A stretch of DNA of 64,000 nucleotides from a virus. The stretch is from the IMG/VR virus record IMGVR_UViG_3300027788_001769, positions 32,001 through 96,000 of that record. The stretch is one strand, 5' to 3'. Of the stretch, positions 28,524 through 38,635 are shown piece by piece; positions within the stretch are counted from its first letter, which is position 1; the number at the start of each line of letters is the position of its first letter. The notes under the pieces were generated by a model that did no database searches, was not told where the DNA came from, and was given only the letters and a program-made list of their open reading frames with translations. The position numbers and the translations under genes were made by a program.

Positions 28524-31166
28524 TTATTTATACAAATTTCCCATTAAAGTAACTTTTGCTGGATTTGTACAGACAATTCTTTGAGTTATGTACACATTTA
28601 CCACATCAGTAGCTAATAATGTGAATGGGAATGTAACTAATTCAGCTGCGTACGCAGTAGATTTACTATGTCTATAAATAACATAACTTTGTACATTATC
28701 CAATACAGCATTCTTTATTTTTACACCACTATAACCTGGGTCCACATATAGGTTTAGTCTATCTACCGCCACATTATTCATATGGTTTATACACACAGGT
28801 GGTATGTCTGTGGTGTAAGTCACATCTGTGTTATTGTATTCTATTATTATATCTAAAGAATCCCCATCTCTAATGTATATAGCCCTTCCTGGTATACAAG
28901 TAGTACTTAAACAACTACAATCTATAAGGTTATATCTGTCTTTATTAACCAAATAATTGTGTATTATTTCGTCTGCTCCTAAAGGTTCTAAATAATACCT
29001 CATTTGTGATATCCCACCATCCCAAGTCCCAGCAAAGTACTCTTCTATTAATAAATTTAAATCAGTCGGGTCTTGTGTGTAAGGTTCACAAGTTCTGGCA
29101 GGTGGTCCCGCTGAATTTCCAGTACAACCAGACATAAAGGTTAAGTTATCTATAAGTCCTTGAGACCCTCCACCCCAACTCATATTATATGGTACTCCAA
29201 CTTGTTTTTGTGGTTCAGTATTTAACCTTCTTGGGATTATTTCTTCAAAATCGTCGTCAACAAAAACTGGTCTACCATTAACAAAAATTGTTAGTACCCC
29301 TGTCCTTAACCATCTATTGTCTGTCCACTTTTTAGAAAAATGTATTTCTTTTTTTATCGGTGTGGGGAATAAAACCCCATAGTCTGGTGTTGATGTGTCA
29401 GCGTAGGTTATGTTGTTTGGTGTTACGGGTTCTAATAAATCATTAACCCCTCCTTCATTCGACAAATCACATTTATTATCATAACAATAATTTCTTCTAA
29501 ATCTTGCCGTAATTAACACCCAGGGTTCCGACTGGGTCGTACCAGTTAATTGGCATATTACATTATCGGAATACTTTTCAACTACGGTAAAACCACTACT
29601 GTAGGTTAGCCCTGTTATGCAAGTACCACTAGTCATACATGTACCAGTATAGTATATGGCTCGATAACCAACCCTATAATCGTCTGTTAGTCTTAAACCT
29701 AAAGAATTACTCCAAACATCAATCCCGGAATCGTATGTGGTACCTGTGATGTAACTTCTTCTAGTTTGACAATGGTCGTCAACTATAGTGCTTGCCGACG
29801 AAGTTAGGTATACTGATGTACCAGTACAACTATAGTCTAATTGAGCACAAGTGGTTAAACCACATTCCCCAGAATAAACATTATGAAATTTATTTTCTGC
29901 CCTAGTGCCTATATACCAAAAGAACCCCTTATTGTTCGGGTATTTTTCGTTTAATGTGTTATTATATGATGTGCAAATTGTGGAACCCGTTCTTATCTTT
30001 AATAAACATTCCGTAGTCCACCCACATTCCGGCCTTTGGGGTAAAACTTCATACGGGTGACCGTCTAGTTTCCAAAACCCTTGATAAAAACCCCCATATA
30101 GTTCATTATAATAACCAGATGTTCCACTAACACTGACAATATTGTAATTATACTCGTTATTAGTGTATCCCGTTACCGCATGCATTTTAAACCTTCTATC
30201 GTAATGTAATGGGTCGTATTTGTATTTGTCAGGCATACTTTTCCATAACTTTATAGTCTCTAATTTACACGGTGCGGTAATAACACCTATCTTAACATCG
30301 GTCTTAGCTACAAAAGTTGATGAGCTCGAACTTAGGTATTCAGCCTTACTTAAAGTAACTTTGTAGACCCATCCTTCTGTGTAGGGTTGGGAAGTGGGTG
30401 TCATAAACACACAACAAGAATCCAGGTGAAAATCACTACAGTCATCGTAATCCTCAAAATTATCGTTTACACTAATAGATGTACTATTTAATGTCCCACC
30501 ACTATTTGGAAAGGTGAGTCCATTGGTTATGGTGTTAACTATTCCCGGTGTCCCAACCGACCAAGAACCAACAGTAAATTTCGTAGTACTACCAACGGTA
30601 GTTCCAGTAATAAACCCACCAAACGAAGTACTTGCAGAAAAACCTGATAAACACAAATCACATGGTCCACCCTCAGACAACTCACCTATAGTCATACTAG
30701 ATGGGTCGGTGGTATTGCCACTCATAAATCTAGTCAACCCATTATCTATACCAGTTAAACCAATATCACAAATAGATTCCACAAACGAACCTTTAGAACC
30801 AAAACCTTTAGTTTCACATTTAAGGCACCTACAGTCCACATCGTGTTGGTTGGGTCTTGCCTCGTCCCAGTAAGATAAACTTAGAAGGGTATTGGTCGGA
30901 ATATAGTCGTTACAGAATATTGTAGGTTGGTATGTCGTCCCTGTACTGTTAAGGTCCATATAGACCCCCAATTTATTTGACGGGAAATTCCCACCGGTAG
31001 ATGTAAATATTGCATTTCCGTTAACACCAATAATGTCATTAGAATATACAACTTCCCTATTATAGCCTCTTTCATCCGCGACTAAATAGAAGTCATGGTA
31101 AGAGCTAAAACTCAATTTTGCGTCTAATCTGTTGAAATAATAATTATTTAAATTCTGTGGTCCCAT
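28524..31166 (-). CDS. Cys-rich virion protein with ConA/LamG-like lectin fold
   Basis: GVLTIFVNGRPV ... WDGGISQMRYYLEPLGADEI is LamG-like; TATTTATA just upstream. Confidence 0.6.
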   Translation of the reverse strand: MGPQNLNNYYFNRLDAKLSFSSYHDFYLVADERGYNREVVYSNDIIGVNGNAIFTSTGGNFPSNKLGVYMDLNSTGTTYQPTIFCNDYIPTNTLLSLSYWDEARPNQHDVDCRCLKCETKGFGSKGSFVESICDIGLTGIDNGLTRFMSGNTTDPSSMTIGELSEGGPCDLCLSGFSASTSFGGFITGTTVGSTTKFTVGSWSVGTPGIVNTITNGLTFPNSGGTLNSTSISVNDNFEDYDDCSDFHLDSCCVFMTPTSQPYTEGWVYKVTLSKAEYLSSSSSTFVAKTDVKIGVITAPCKLETIKLWKSMPDKYKYDPLHYDRRFKMHAVTGYTNNEYNYNIVSVSGTSGYYNELYGGFYQGFWKLDGHPYEVLPQRPECGWTTECLLKIRTGSTICTSYNNTLNEKYPNNKGFFWYIGTRAENKFHNVYSGECGLTTCAQLDYSCTGTSVYLTSSASTIVDDHCQTRRSYITGTTYDSGIDVWSNSLGLRLTDDYRVGYRAIYYTGTCMTSGTCITGLTYSSGFTVVEKYSDNVICQLTGTTQSEPWVLITARFRRNYCYDNKCDLSNEGGVNDLLEPVTPNNITYADTSTPDYGVLFPTPIKKEIHFSKKWTDNRWLRTGVLTIFVNGRPVFVDDDFEEIIPRRLNTEPQKQVGVPYNMSWGGGSQGLIDNLTFMSGCTGNSAGPPARTCEPYTQDPTDLNLLIEEYFAGTWDGGISQMRYYLEPLGADEIIHNYLVNKDRYNLIDCSCLSTTCIPGRAIYIRDGDSLDIIIEYNNTDVTYTTDIPPVCINHMNNVAVDRLNLYVDPGYSGVKIKNAVLDNVQSYVIYRHSKSTAYAAELVTFPFTLLATDVVNVYITQRIVCTNPAKVTLMGNLYK

Positions 31167-31216
31167 AGTTTATAAATATTTATGTATGTGAATAATATTT
31201 ATAATAAAAAGAAAAG

Positions 31217-31852
31217 ATGAAAAAGTTAAAACATAAAGGCTCGTGTGATGATGTTCATGAAGATATCACCCACGAAGAATGGGAGGAAGTACAACGCAAC
31301 CAAGAAGAGGAAGATTTAGATGAATTAGTTGACTTTGATGGTTCGCTTTTAAGTTCTAAAATACCATTAGGCATTAATAAAATGAACAAGGTTAGTAGAA
31401 GTACAACTGATGATGTTGTTAAGACTAGTAAACAGAAAGGTAATGGTTTTGGTTATTACTATAAAAGGTACTGGGGTGAAGCATATGTTGGTCCTGCCGT
31501 TGGTGAGGTGGAAGATTTTGATTTAATGACCGCTGACGAAGTTGTGGACGATTTAAAAGATAGGGGGTATTCTGACGATAAAGCTAAACACAAAGCTTCC
31601 GTAGATTACGGTAAAGATTTGGAGAATCCGGACAACGAAGAATTTTTAATTAAAGACAGTTCAAAACAAAAAATGAAAGACGTTTTAGAGGTCATAGTAA
31701 ATAAAAAAAATAAAGACAATGGTCTACAACCAGACAGTGAAGTAGACCTATATAGTGATAACCCAATCTTGCAAAAAATGGGTAAAAAATTTAAAGAAGC
31801 TTGTCAAGCTGACGGTATAAACCCAATAGATTACTTTAAAAACATTAGTTAA
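31217..31852 (+). CDS. Acidic hypothetical late protein
   Basis: ORF with TATTTATA upstream (31196). Confidence 0.6.
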   Translation: MKKLKHKGSCDDVHEDITHEEWEEVQRNQEEEDLDELVDFDGSLLSSKIPLGINKMNKVSRSTTDDVVKTSKQKGNGFGYYYKRYWGEAYVGPAVGEVEDFDLMTADEVVDDLKDRGYSDDKAKHKASVDYGKDLENPDNEEFLIKDSSKQKMKDVLEVIVNKKNKDNGLQPDSEVDLYSDNPILQKMGKKFKEACQADGINPIDYFKNIS

Positions 31853-32295
31853 TGCCAGATATAAATTTAAAAGGTAAGGAGTTTAGAGTCCCAACAAAGT
31901 GTGTTGAGAAGATAAAGTTAGCGTTAAATAAGTTTACAGGTCCAAAAACAACTGAAGGTTACGAACGGGCAATTAATATCGTTAAAGAACCAAATATAAG
32001 TTTAGAACTCCTAAAAAAAATAAACAATTTTTTTAGGAATACGGAGGAAGGGTCTTGGCCTTACAAATTAACAGGTGGGGACTACGGTAAAAAAATATTT
32101 AGTAAGATGGAAGAACAAACTAGGAGTGGTGAGGCATCTAGTAAAAAAAATAAAATGAGAGGGGGGTTAGCTAATACTCACTACAAAGAACATGAAAAAA
32201 CTGGGTCAAACCCAACAAAAGTAAATGTACCCAACCCAAATGTGGATTTAACGGAACAAATAGATAAAATAAATCATATCATAAACTATTTATAA
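31852..32295 (+). CDS. Basic hypothetical protein
   Basis: Translationally coupled; C-terminal LTEQIDKINHII motif. Confidence 0.6.
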   Translation: MPDINLKGKEFRVPTKCVEKIKLALNKFTGPKTTEGYERAINIVKEPNISLELLKKINNFFRNTEEGSWPYKLTGGDYGKKIFSKMEEQTRSGEASSKKNKMRGGLANTHYKEHEKTGSNPTKVNVPNPNVDLTEQIDKINHIINYL

Positions 32296-32306
32296 AATAA
32301 AAAGAA

Positions 32307-32618
32307 ATGGCACAACAAGAACAAGCTGGTCAAAGACTAACAGATATCGCTCAAAGTGAAAGAGATAAACTTTTTCCTAGGAACACGTACGCTCCCGATA
32401 AAGACGTATATGGACCACAACATCCTAATGCTATGACTGATGGTGATGAAAAAGGAAGAGGAACGTCAAATTTTTTAGGTGTACATAACCAAGAAACTGG
32501 TACAAAAACTGATAATTTTACTAGGAAAGACTTAATTAAAGTTAATACTTTTAATTTTAAAGAACAGTATATTAGTGTATCTGACGACAATACTAACTCT
32601 GTAGGTCTTACACCTTAA
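32307..32618 (+). CDS. Hypothetical protein
   Basis: ORF in operon. Confidence 0.6.
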   Translation: MAQQEQAGQRLTDIAQSERDKLFPRNTYAPDKDVYGPQHPNAMTDGDEKGRGTSNFLGVHNQETGTKTDNFTRKDLIKVNTFNFKEQYISVSDDNTNSVGLTP

Positions 32619-32632
32619 TAAAAAAAGTTATT

Positions 32633-33001
32633 GTGAAATTAAATGATACTTTAAAAACGTTATTATTGGAGGTCGCTAACAGAGACGACGCCTGCAAAAG
32701 TGTCAAAGGTAGATTTGTAACTAGTATTTATTATCAAGGTGACACTACTCTAGACCCAGGTTGGCGAACTATCGAACCAGTTGCTGCTGGTACTACTAAA
32801 AGAAATAACCCTGTTTTACGTGCATGGCAAAGAGAAGGTGCCTCAGACACCCCACAAAGAATTCCTGGGTGGAGATTTTTTAGATTAGATAGAATAACAA
32901 ATTTTGACCAAACACTAGATACTTTCGATGATGTTAGACCTAACTTTAATCCGAATGGCGATAAAAGCATGAACCAAGTATGGTGTATAGCAAAATTTTA
33001 A
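32633..33001 (+). CDS. Standalone WYL-domain protein
   Basis: IYYQG..WRTIEPVAAG..LRAWQ..WRFFRLDRI. Confidence 0.8.
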   Translation: MKLNDTLKTLLLEVANRDDACKSVKGRFVTSIYYQGDTTLDPGWRTIEPVAAGTTKRNNPVLRAWQREGASDTPQRIPGWRFFRLDRITNFDQTLDTFDDVRPNFNPNGDKSMNQVWCIAKF

Positions 33002-33004
33002 AAT

Positions 33005-33742
33005 ATGGATTCTAATAAATTACAAAACTCATTATTAAACGCAAAGCGTTTTATGACTCATGACAAATTAAACTTATCTAAAGGTACAGTACAGTCAACA
33101 GACACTATGGATATGAGAGCGATGATGGACAAACAGGAGGGCAAAAAAAACCCAGTACAGGAATTTAAAACACCTAAGGCAACCTATAACATACCAGATG
33201 AACTTACAAGTGCACCATCAAGTGCACCACCCACTACTTCTGTTCCCAGACCAGTTAACATGAAACCGCACGCTGGATTAAATTCAGAAAGAATAAATAA
33301 ATCTAACTTACCAGATGACATTAAAAGACTTATGATTGAGAACCCTATTCAGGACCCAGCTGGTACTGGTGCTGTTCTATCTAACGACTTTATTGACAAG
33401 GTTAGTGAGAAGATGAATTCTGGTGAATTTAGTGTTGACCAAATGAGGTCCACTTCTAATAACAGTGTTTCAACACCCCCACCCCCACCAAACAATACAA
33501 CTTACTCAGAACCTAAACAAATAAATGACTCTTCACCTATACCATTAATTAACGAAGACTTTTCCACAGGATTAGATTATGGTTCATTAAAAAAAGTTAT
33601 AAAAGAATGTGTTAGAGAAGTAATCACTGAAAACGGTCTTCATATAGAAGAAAATAATATTAATGAGAATTTACAACTTCGTGTTGGTAACAAAATATTT
33701 TTAGGTAATATTAAAAAAGTTAAAACTGTTAAAAAGAAATAA
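33005..33742 (+). CDS. Pro-rich hypothetical late protein
   Basis: ORF ending before a strong terminator. Confidence 0.6.
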   Translation: MDSNKLQNSLLNAKRFMTHDKLNLSKGTVQSTDTMDMRAMMDKQEGKKNPVQEFKTPKATYNIPDELTSAPSSAPPTTSVPRPVNMKPHAGLNSERINKSNLPDDIKRLMIENPIQDPAGTGAVLSNDFIDKVSEKMNSGEFSVDQMRSTSNNSVSTPPPPPNNTTYSEPKQINDSSPIPLINEDFSTGLDYGSLKKVIKECVREVITENGLHIEENNINENLQLRVGNKIFLGNIKKVKTVKKK

Positions 33743-33764
33743 AAAAATTATAGGGTATTTTATC

Positions 33765-33792
33765 AAAAGGGGAGCATTGTCTCCCCTTTTTT
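33765..33792 (+). terminator. Intrinsic terminator
   Basis: AAAAGGGGAG-cattgt-CTCCCCTTTTTT. Confidence 0.8.
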
Positions 33793-33844
33793 AATTGACT
33801 AATTCCATTATTCTTTGTACTTTTTCATAAAAGAAATTAATTTT

Positions 33845-35068
33845 ATGGCTAAATACAAAATACTAGTAATACCGAGTGACAGAACCGGTGTTTCCAAATT
33901 CCGTTCAGTAGACCCACATTTATGTTTACAAAAATTATACCCTAAAGAGTTTTGGGTGGATATTGATTACGAACCTAAATTAGACAACCCAGAATGGTTA
34001 AAACAATACGATTTAATACACTACCACAGGAGTTTACATCCAGACTATAATTTAGCACAGAAATTTTCAGAAAAAATTAATAAGTTAGGTATTCCAGCAA
34101 TTATGGACCTGGACGATTATTGGTTACCCAATAAAGAACACCCTGCTTATATGTTAGTTAAAGGTAGAAAAATGGATGAATTAATCCTTGAGAATTTAAA
34201 AAGAGCTCAACACGTGACTACCACAACACCTATATTTGCCAAAGAAATAGAGAAATTTTGTAAAAGTGTGTTTGTTTTAGAAAATGCGATAGACCCAAAA
34301 GAAAAACAATTTATTCACAAACCAGAACCTAGTGATAGGGTTAGGGTTGGTTGGTTAGGTGGTTCATCACATATGGCAGATTTAGAAATTTTAAATGGTG
34401 TTTCACAGAAACTAACACCCTTTAAAGATGTATCACAATTTGTGCTGTGTGGTTTCGATACTCGTGGTAATGTAACCATGATTGACGAAAAAACCGGTAA
34501 ACAAACAACAAGGGACATAACACCTAAAGAATCAGTTTGGTTTAAGTACGAACAATTATTTACCGATAACCATAATTGGTTGACTGAAGAACAGAAAAAA
34601 GTTTTAATGAAATTTAAGTTTGGTGAAGAATATGTTGACACAGATACTTCCTATAGGAGAGTTTGGACCAAACCAATAACCACTTACGCTTCCAACTATA
34701 ATAAATTTGACATTAGTCTTGCACCACTTAAACACCATATGTTTAATAAAGTTAAGTCACAGTTAAAAGTTATTGAGGCTGGTTTCCATAAAAAAGCCCT
34801 TATAGCTCAGGATTTTGGTCCTTACCAAATAGATTGTATTAACGCATATGAAAGAGGTGGCACCATAAACGATAAGGGAAATGCTCTACTAGTTCCTGAA
34901 TCTAAAAATCACAAATTATGGTACCAACACATAAAAAGGTTAATCACCAACCCCGAATTAGTTAAAGATTTAGGTGAAAGATTATACGAGACGGTTCAGA
35001 AGTACCATATTGACCGAGTAACAGAAAGAAGGGCAGAAATATATAGAGAATTAATAAGAAAAGCATAA
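33845..35068 (+). CDS. GT-B (GT4-like) glycosyltransferase
   Basis: MDLDDYW, VGWLGGSSH, FDISLAPL..FNKVKSQLKVIEAG. Confidence 0.85.
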   Translation: MAKYKILVIPSDRTGVSKFRSVDPHLCLQKLYPKEFWVDIDYEPKLDNPEWLKQYDLIHYHRSLHPDYNLAQKFSEKINKLGIPAIMDLDDYWLPNKEHPAYMLVKGRKMDELILENLKRAQHVTTTTPIFAKEIEKFCKSVFVLENAIDPKEKQFIHKPEPSDRVRVGWLGGSSHMADLEILNGVSQKLTPFKDVSQFVLCGFDTRGNVTMIDEKTGKQTTRDITPKESVWFKYEQLFTDNHNWLTEEQKKVLMKFKFGEEYVDTDTSYRRVWTKPITTYASNYNKFDISLAPLKHHMFNKVKSQLKVIEAGFHKKALIAQDFGPYQIDCINAYERGGTINDKGNALLVPESKNHKLWYQHIKRLITNPELVKDLGERLYETVQKYHIDRVTERRAEIYRELIRKA

Positions 35069-35094
35069 ACAATTAAAAATTAAAAATTAAAAAA

Positions 35095-35526
35095 ATGGCA
35101 GAAGTAGTAATTAACGACAAAGTAAAGACCCACGAAGAGGGCAACCACATATATGTTGGAACCTATAAAGGGAAAAAATTCCGTACAAGTATGGAAGATA
35201 TGAATGAAGATAGAAAACTTGTTTACCAAGAAGGTGAGGAAAACTTTGACGAGGAGGAAAAGAAGGTAATATACCAACAGTTAGATGAAATGACCTATAT
35301 TAGACCTGACGAAAAAGGTGACGAAAATAGTGTAATCGTAGAAAAAGACTATGAAGACTGGTGGGCTTTTAAGTTTGAGTGTTATGGTTCTTATGGAGAA
35401 CACAAATTTGTAGTGTTAGAGGAAAGTGATGACAATGGTGGTGACGCTACTTTTGTGGAAGGTGAAGATAAATTTAGTGAAGAAGAACAAGAATTAATTT
35501 ACGAAGCAGTAAATGAATACATGTAA
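35095..35526 (+). CDS. Acidic protein with internal tandem duplication
   Basis: GTYKGKKF..EGEENFDEEEKKVIY repeated as GSYGEHKF..EGEDKFSEEEQELIY. Confidence 0.65.
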   Translation: MAEVVINDKVKTHEEGNHIYVGTYKGKKFRTSMEDMNEDRKLVYQEGEENFDEEEKKVIYQQLDEMTYIRPDEKGDENSVIVEKDYEDWWAFKFECYGSYGEHKFVVLEESDDNGGDATFVEGEDKFSEEEQELIYEAVNEYM

Positions 35527-35527
35527 C

Positions 35528-35776
35528 ATGACTAAATTACCAAAGTGGTTTACAGGAGAGTTATATGAAGAAGGTGGTATGGTTAGTAATAGATTTTCAG
35601 GTGAAGAATACCAACTAACATCAGAGGAACTATCAATGTATGATTTTATTATGGGCGCAACAATTATGATGGAAATGAATATAAAGTACGATACCCAAAT
35701 GATTGCCGACCTACGAAAAGGTCTGGAGTGGTTTAGAGAAAATAATAGTAAGGCCTATATGGTCTTATTAGATTAA
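35528..35776 (+). CDS. Hypothetical protein
   Basis: ORF; ATG immediately after upstream stop. Confidence 0.65.
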   Translation: MTKLPKWFTGELYEEGGMVSNRFSGEEYQLTSEELSMYDFIMGATIMMEMNIKYDTQMIADLRKGLEWFRENNSKAYMVLLD

Positions 35777-35882
35777 TTAAAAAAAGAATTTGATTTAGTG
35801 GTTAGATAATTGTATCATTATTCAGACATACCTAAAGAAACAATTTACTTTAGTAATAAATAAAAATTTATAAAAAATAAAA

Positions 35883-36062
35883 ATGGCAGTAGAAATCAAT
35901 ATTATAGAAAACGGACCTATCTTGGTCAAAGGAGAAACCACAGTAACAAAGGGTGGGGAAAAAGTAACAGTTAGTGAAAATTATGCGTTGTGTAGATGTG
36001 GGAAGAGTAAGGCCCAACCAATGTGTGATGGAACACATAAATCAGAAAATTTTAAAGGATAA
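35883..36062 (+). CDS. CDGSH iron-sulfur domain protein (59 aa, absent from ORF track)
   Basis: MAVEINIIENGPILVKG...YALCRCGKSKAQPMCDGTHKSENFKG; exact C-x-C-x2-S-x3-P-x-C-D-G-T-H motif plus N-terminal NGP. Confidence 0.92.
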   Translation: MAVEINIIENGPILVKGETTVTKGGEKVTVSENYALCRCGKSKAQPMCDGTHKSENFKG

Positions 36063-36066
36063 ATAT

Positions 36067-36300
36067 ATGTACTATCAAGCAATCGTAGCATTCGAAACCG
36101 GGGCGTTAGACAGTGAAGGAACACCCAAAGTTAAAAAATTTAAATATATTGTAGAATCAGAATCAGTTTTTGAGGCTAACAAAAGACTATCTCATTATCT
36201 TTCAGAAGATACTAGAGATTCAGAAGTTATATCTGTCATTAAAGCACCTTATGAAGATATTTTACATCCGGAACTAACACCAAATTATTACAAACAATGA
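36067..36300 (+). CDS. DUF4494-like protein
   Basis: YYQAIVAFET..KVKKFKYIVESESVFEANKRL; true start ATG 36067 rather than 35974. Confidence 0.55.
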   Translation: MYYQAIVAFETGALDSEGTPKVKKFKYIVESESVFEANKRLSHYLSEDTRDSEVISVIKAPYEDILHPELTPNYYKQ

Positions 36301-37001
36301 TTGACAACATAAACAAATTATTATTTCTAGATATAGAAACCGTAGGTCTTTATTATGACCTAGATGATTTACATCATCAGTCCCCACAACTACATAAGGT
36401 TTGGGAAGATAGTGGTTATGGGTATTTTAAAAGACAATACCCTGAGGATTCGGAATTAACAAGTGATGATATGTTTATGAAACGTGCTGGTCTTTTAGCA
36501 GAGTTTGGAAAAATAGTTTGTATCTCTGTTGGTTTTGTTTTAGAAAATGGGAATACTAAGTTGGATAGTTTTATTGGTACGGAAAAAGAAATATTATCTA
36601 ATTGTTCTACCCTTTTAAATAGGGTAGATAAATTAGGTTTTCTTATTTGTGGTCATAACGTAAAAAACTTTGACCTACCGTACATTGGGAAAAGGATGAC
36701 CATAAATGGAATCGCTGTTCCAGGTATTGTCCCTAACTATAAAATAAAACCTTGGGAGTCTAGGGTTTTAGACACTAAAGAAGTTTGGAACTTTAATTCT
36801 TACAGGGGATTATCTTCTTTAGAGTTAGTGTGTGCGTCTTTAGGGATTCCAAACCCAAAGGACAATGAGGTAAATGGGGCAAATCTCCATTCTTTTTACT
36901 ATGATGCTGAGTCAAGTGAAAAAGATAAAATAGAAAAGATTAAAAACTATTGTGAAAAAGATGTTCTTTCTTTAATACAATTTGTAAAAAAAATAAAGTA
37001 A
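36297..37001 (+). CDS. DEDD 3'-5' exonuclease (PolB-exo2-like)
   Basis: FLDIET, AEFGKIVCIS, GHNVKNFDLPY, YCEKDV. Confidence 0.88.
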   Translation: MIDNINKLLFLDIETVGLYYDLDDLHHQSPQLHKVWEDSGYGYFKRQYPEDSELTSDDMFMKRAGLLAEFGKIVCISVGFVLENGNTKLDSFIGTEKEILSNCSTLLNRVDKLGFLICGHNVKNFDLPYIGKRMTINGIAVPGIVPNYKIKPWESRVLDTKEVWNFNSYRGLSSLELVCASLGIPNPKDNEVNGANLHSFYYDAESSEKDKIEKIKNYCEKDVLSLIQFVKKIK

Positions 37002-37003
37002 TA

Positions 37004-37633
37004 ATGAAAGATTTAATAAATAAATTAAAAGATTTACGGAACGTAGCTCAAACAATACAGTCTCTTGATGAGGGTAATATGCCAACACCAAAAGAACTAC
37101 AAAAAACTATGGAAGATACACTTGGTGTTAGTATTGAGGAATTGGATAATATGGACATTTCTTCAGCTTTTGAAGATAGTCAACCTAAGGTTGAGGTAAA
37201 ATTTATCAATAAGAGTACAAATCAAAACCCATCATACATCTATAAAGGGGATAGTGGTTTTGACTTTAGAGCTAATTTAAAAGAAACAATGGTAATAGAA
37301 CCTATGGGAAGAGCCCTGGTACCAACAGGTCTGTTTTTTGAAATTCCTTTTGGTTACGAATTACAGGTAAGACCTAAAAGTGGTTTGGCAATTAAGAAAG
37401 GGATAATGGTACTCAATACCCCAGGCACTGTAGATAGCAATTATAGAGGTGAGATACAAATAATTTTAATAAATTTAAGTAAGGAAGATTACATTATAGA
37501 GCATGGTGATAGAATAGCACAAGGTGTTGTATGCCCTATACTAAATAAAGATTGGTCTGTTATGTCAGAGGTGGATGTTTTATCTCCTTCTGATAGACAA
37601 GACGGTGCTTTTGGTAGTACAGGAATAAAATAA
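37004..37633 (+). CDS. dut: Trimeric dUTPase
   Basis: SGFDFRA, QVRPKSGLA, GTVDSNYRGEI, DRIAQ, RQDGAFGSTG. Confidence 0.95.
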   Translation: MKDLINKLKDLRNVAQTIQSLDEGNMPTPKELQKTMEDTLGVSIEELDNMDISSAFEDSQPKVEVKFINKSTNQNPSYIYKGDSGFDFRANLKETMVIEPMGRALVPTGLFFEIPFGYELQVRPKSGLAIKKGIMVLNTPGTVDSNYRGEIQIILINLSKEDYIIEHGDRIAQGVVCPILNKDWSVMSEVDVLSPSDRQDGAFGSTGIK

Positions 37634-37639
37634 AAAAAT

Positions 37640-38635
37640 ATGCAATCAAGAACAATATTAATTACCGGAGGAGCTGGATTTATAGGTAGTCACCTAGTAA
37701 AATTTTTAGTAAATAAATACCCACACTATAATTTACACATTATAGATAATTTAAATTATGCTGGTGATATAGATAATTTAAAAGAAGTGATAGACGATAT
37801 AACCTTTCACAAACAAGACATAACTGACAATAGGATGATTAGTAAATTATTTGAATTGTATTGTTACGATGGGGTTTTTCATTTAGCCGCTCAAACACAC
37901 GTAGATAACTCAATAAAAAACCCAAATGTCTTTATAGACACAAATATTATGGGTACTGTTAACATAATTAATTTATGTTTAGAACATAGTTGTAGGTTAT
38001 TAAGTGTTTCTACAGATGAAGTATATGGTAGTCTTCCTTTAAATGAGAAGTCTCACTTTTATGAATTTACTTGTTACAAACCTAATTCTCCCTACGCAGC
38101 TTCAAAAGCCTGTGCAGATTTGTTAACACTTTCTTACCATAAAACATACAATTTAAATTGTAATATAACTCACTGTTCAAATAACTTTGGACCACATCAA
38201 CACGACGAAAAATTCATACCAACGATAGTGAGGTCACTAGTGAATAATACCCCAATACCTTTATATGGTACTGGAGAAAATGTAAGAGACTGGTTAAGTG
38301 TTAAAGAACATGTGGACGCTTTAGATGTAGTATTTCATAATGGAAAATCTGGAGAAGAATATAATGTGGGTACCCATAACGAATTGTCAAACTACAAACT
38401 AGTCGAAAAAATATGTCAAATATACGATAGGATAAAAGAAATAGATGTCGATAACGATTCTAGAAGATTAATTAATTTTGTAAAGGATAGGGTTGGACAT
38501 GACGATAGATACGCAATTAATGCTGATAAATTAAAAAATAAATTAAGGTGGAAAGCAAAGACTGAGTTCCTAACCGAGTTAACTGAAACAGTTGAATTTT
38601 ACATAAATAAATATGAGTCTAACAGTAGCATTTAG
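37640..38635 (+). CDS. rfbB: dTDP-glucose 4,6-dehydratase
   Basis: TGGAGFIG, HLAAQTHVD, STDEVYG, YAASK, RDWL, DRVGHDDRY. Confidence 0.92.
   Translation: MQSRTILITGGAGFIGSHLVKFLVNKYPHYNLHIIDNLNYAGDIDNLKEVIDDITFHKQDITDNRMISKLFELYCYDGVFHLAAQTHVDNSIKNPNVFIDTNIMGTVNIINLCLEHSCRLLSVSTDEVYGSLPLNEKSHFYEFTCYKPNSPYAASKACADLLTLSYHKTYNLNCNITHCSNNFGPHQHDEKFIPTIVRSLVNNTPIPLYGTGENVRDWLSVKEHVDALDVVFHNGKSGEEYNVGTHNELSNYKLVEKICQIYDRIKEIDVDNDSRRLINFVKDRVGHDDRYAINADKLKNKLRWKAKTEFLTELTETVEFYINKYESNSSI

Noticed and set aside
35974-36066. N-terminal part of the tracked 108-aa ORF
   Set aside because: Overlaps the CDGSH gene in another frame; the real start is ATG 36067
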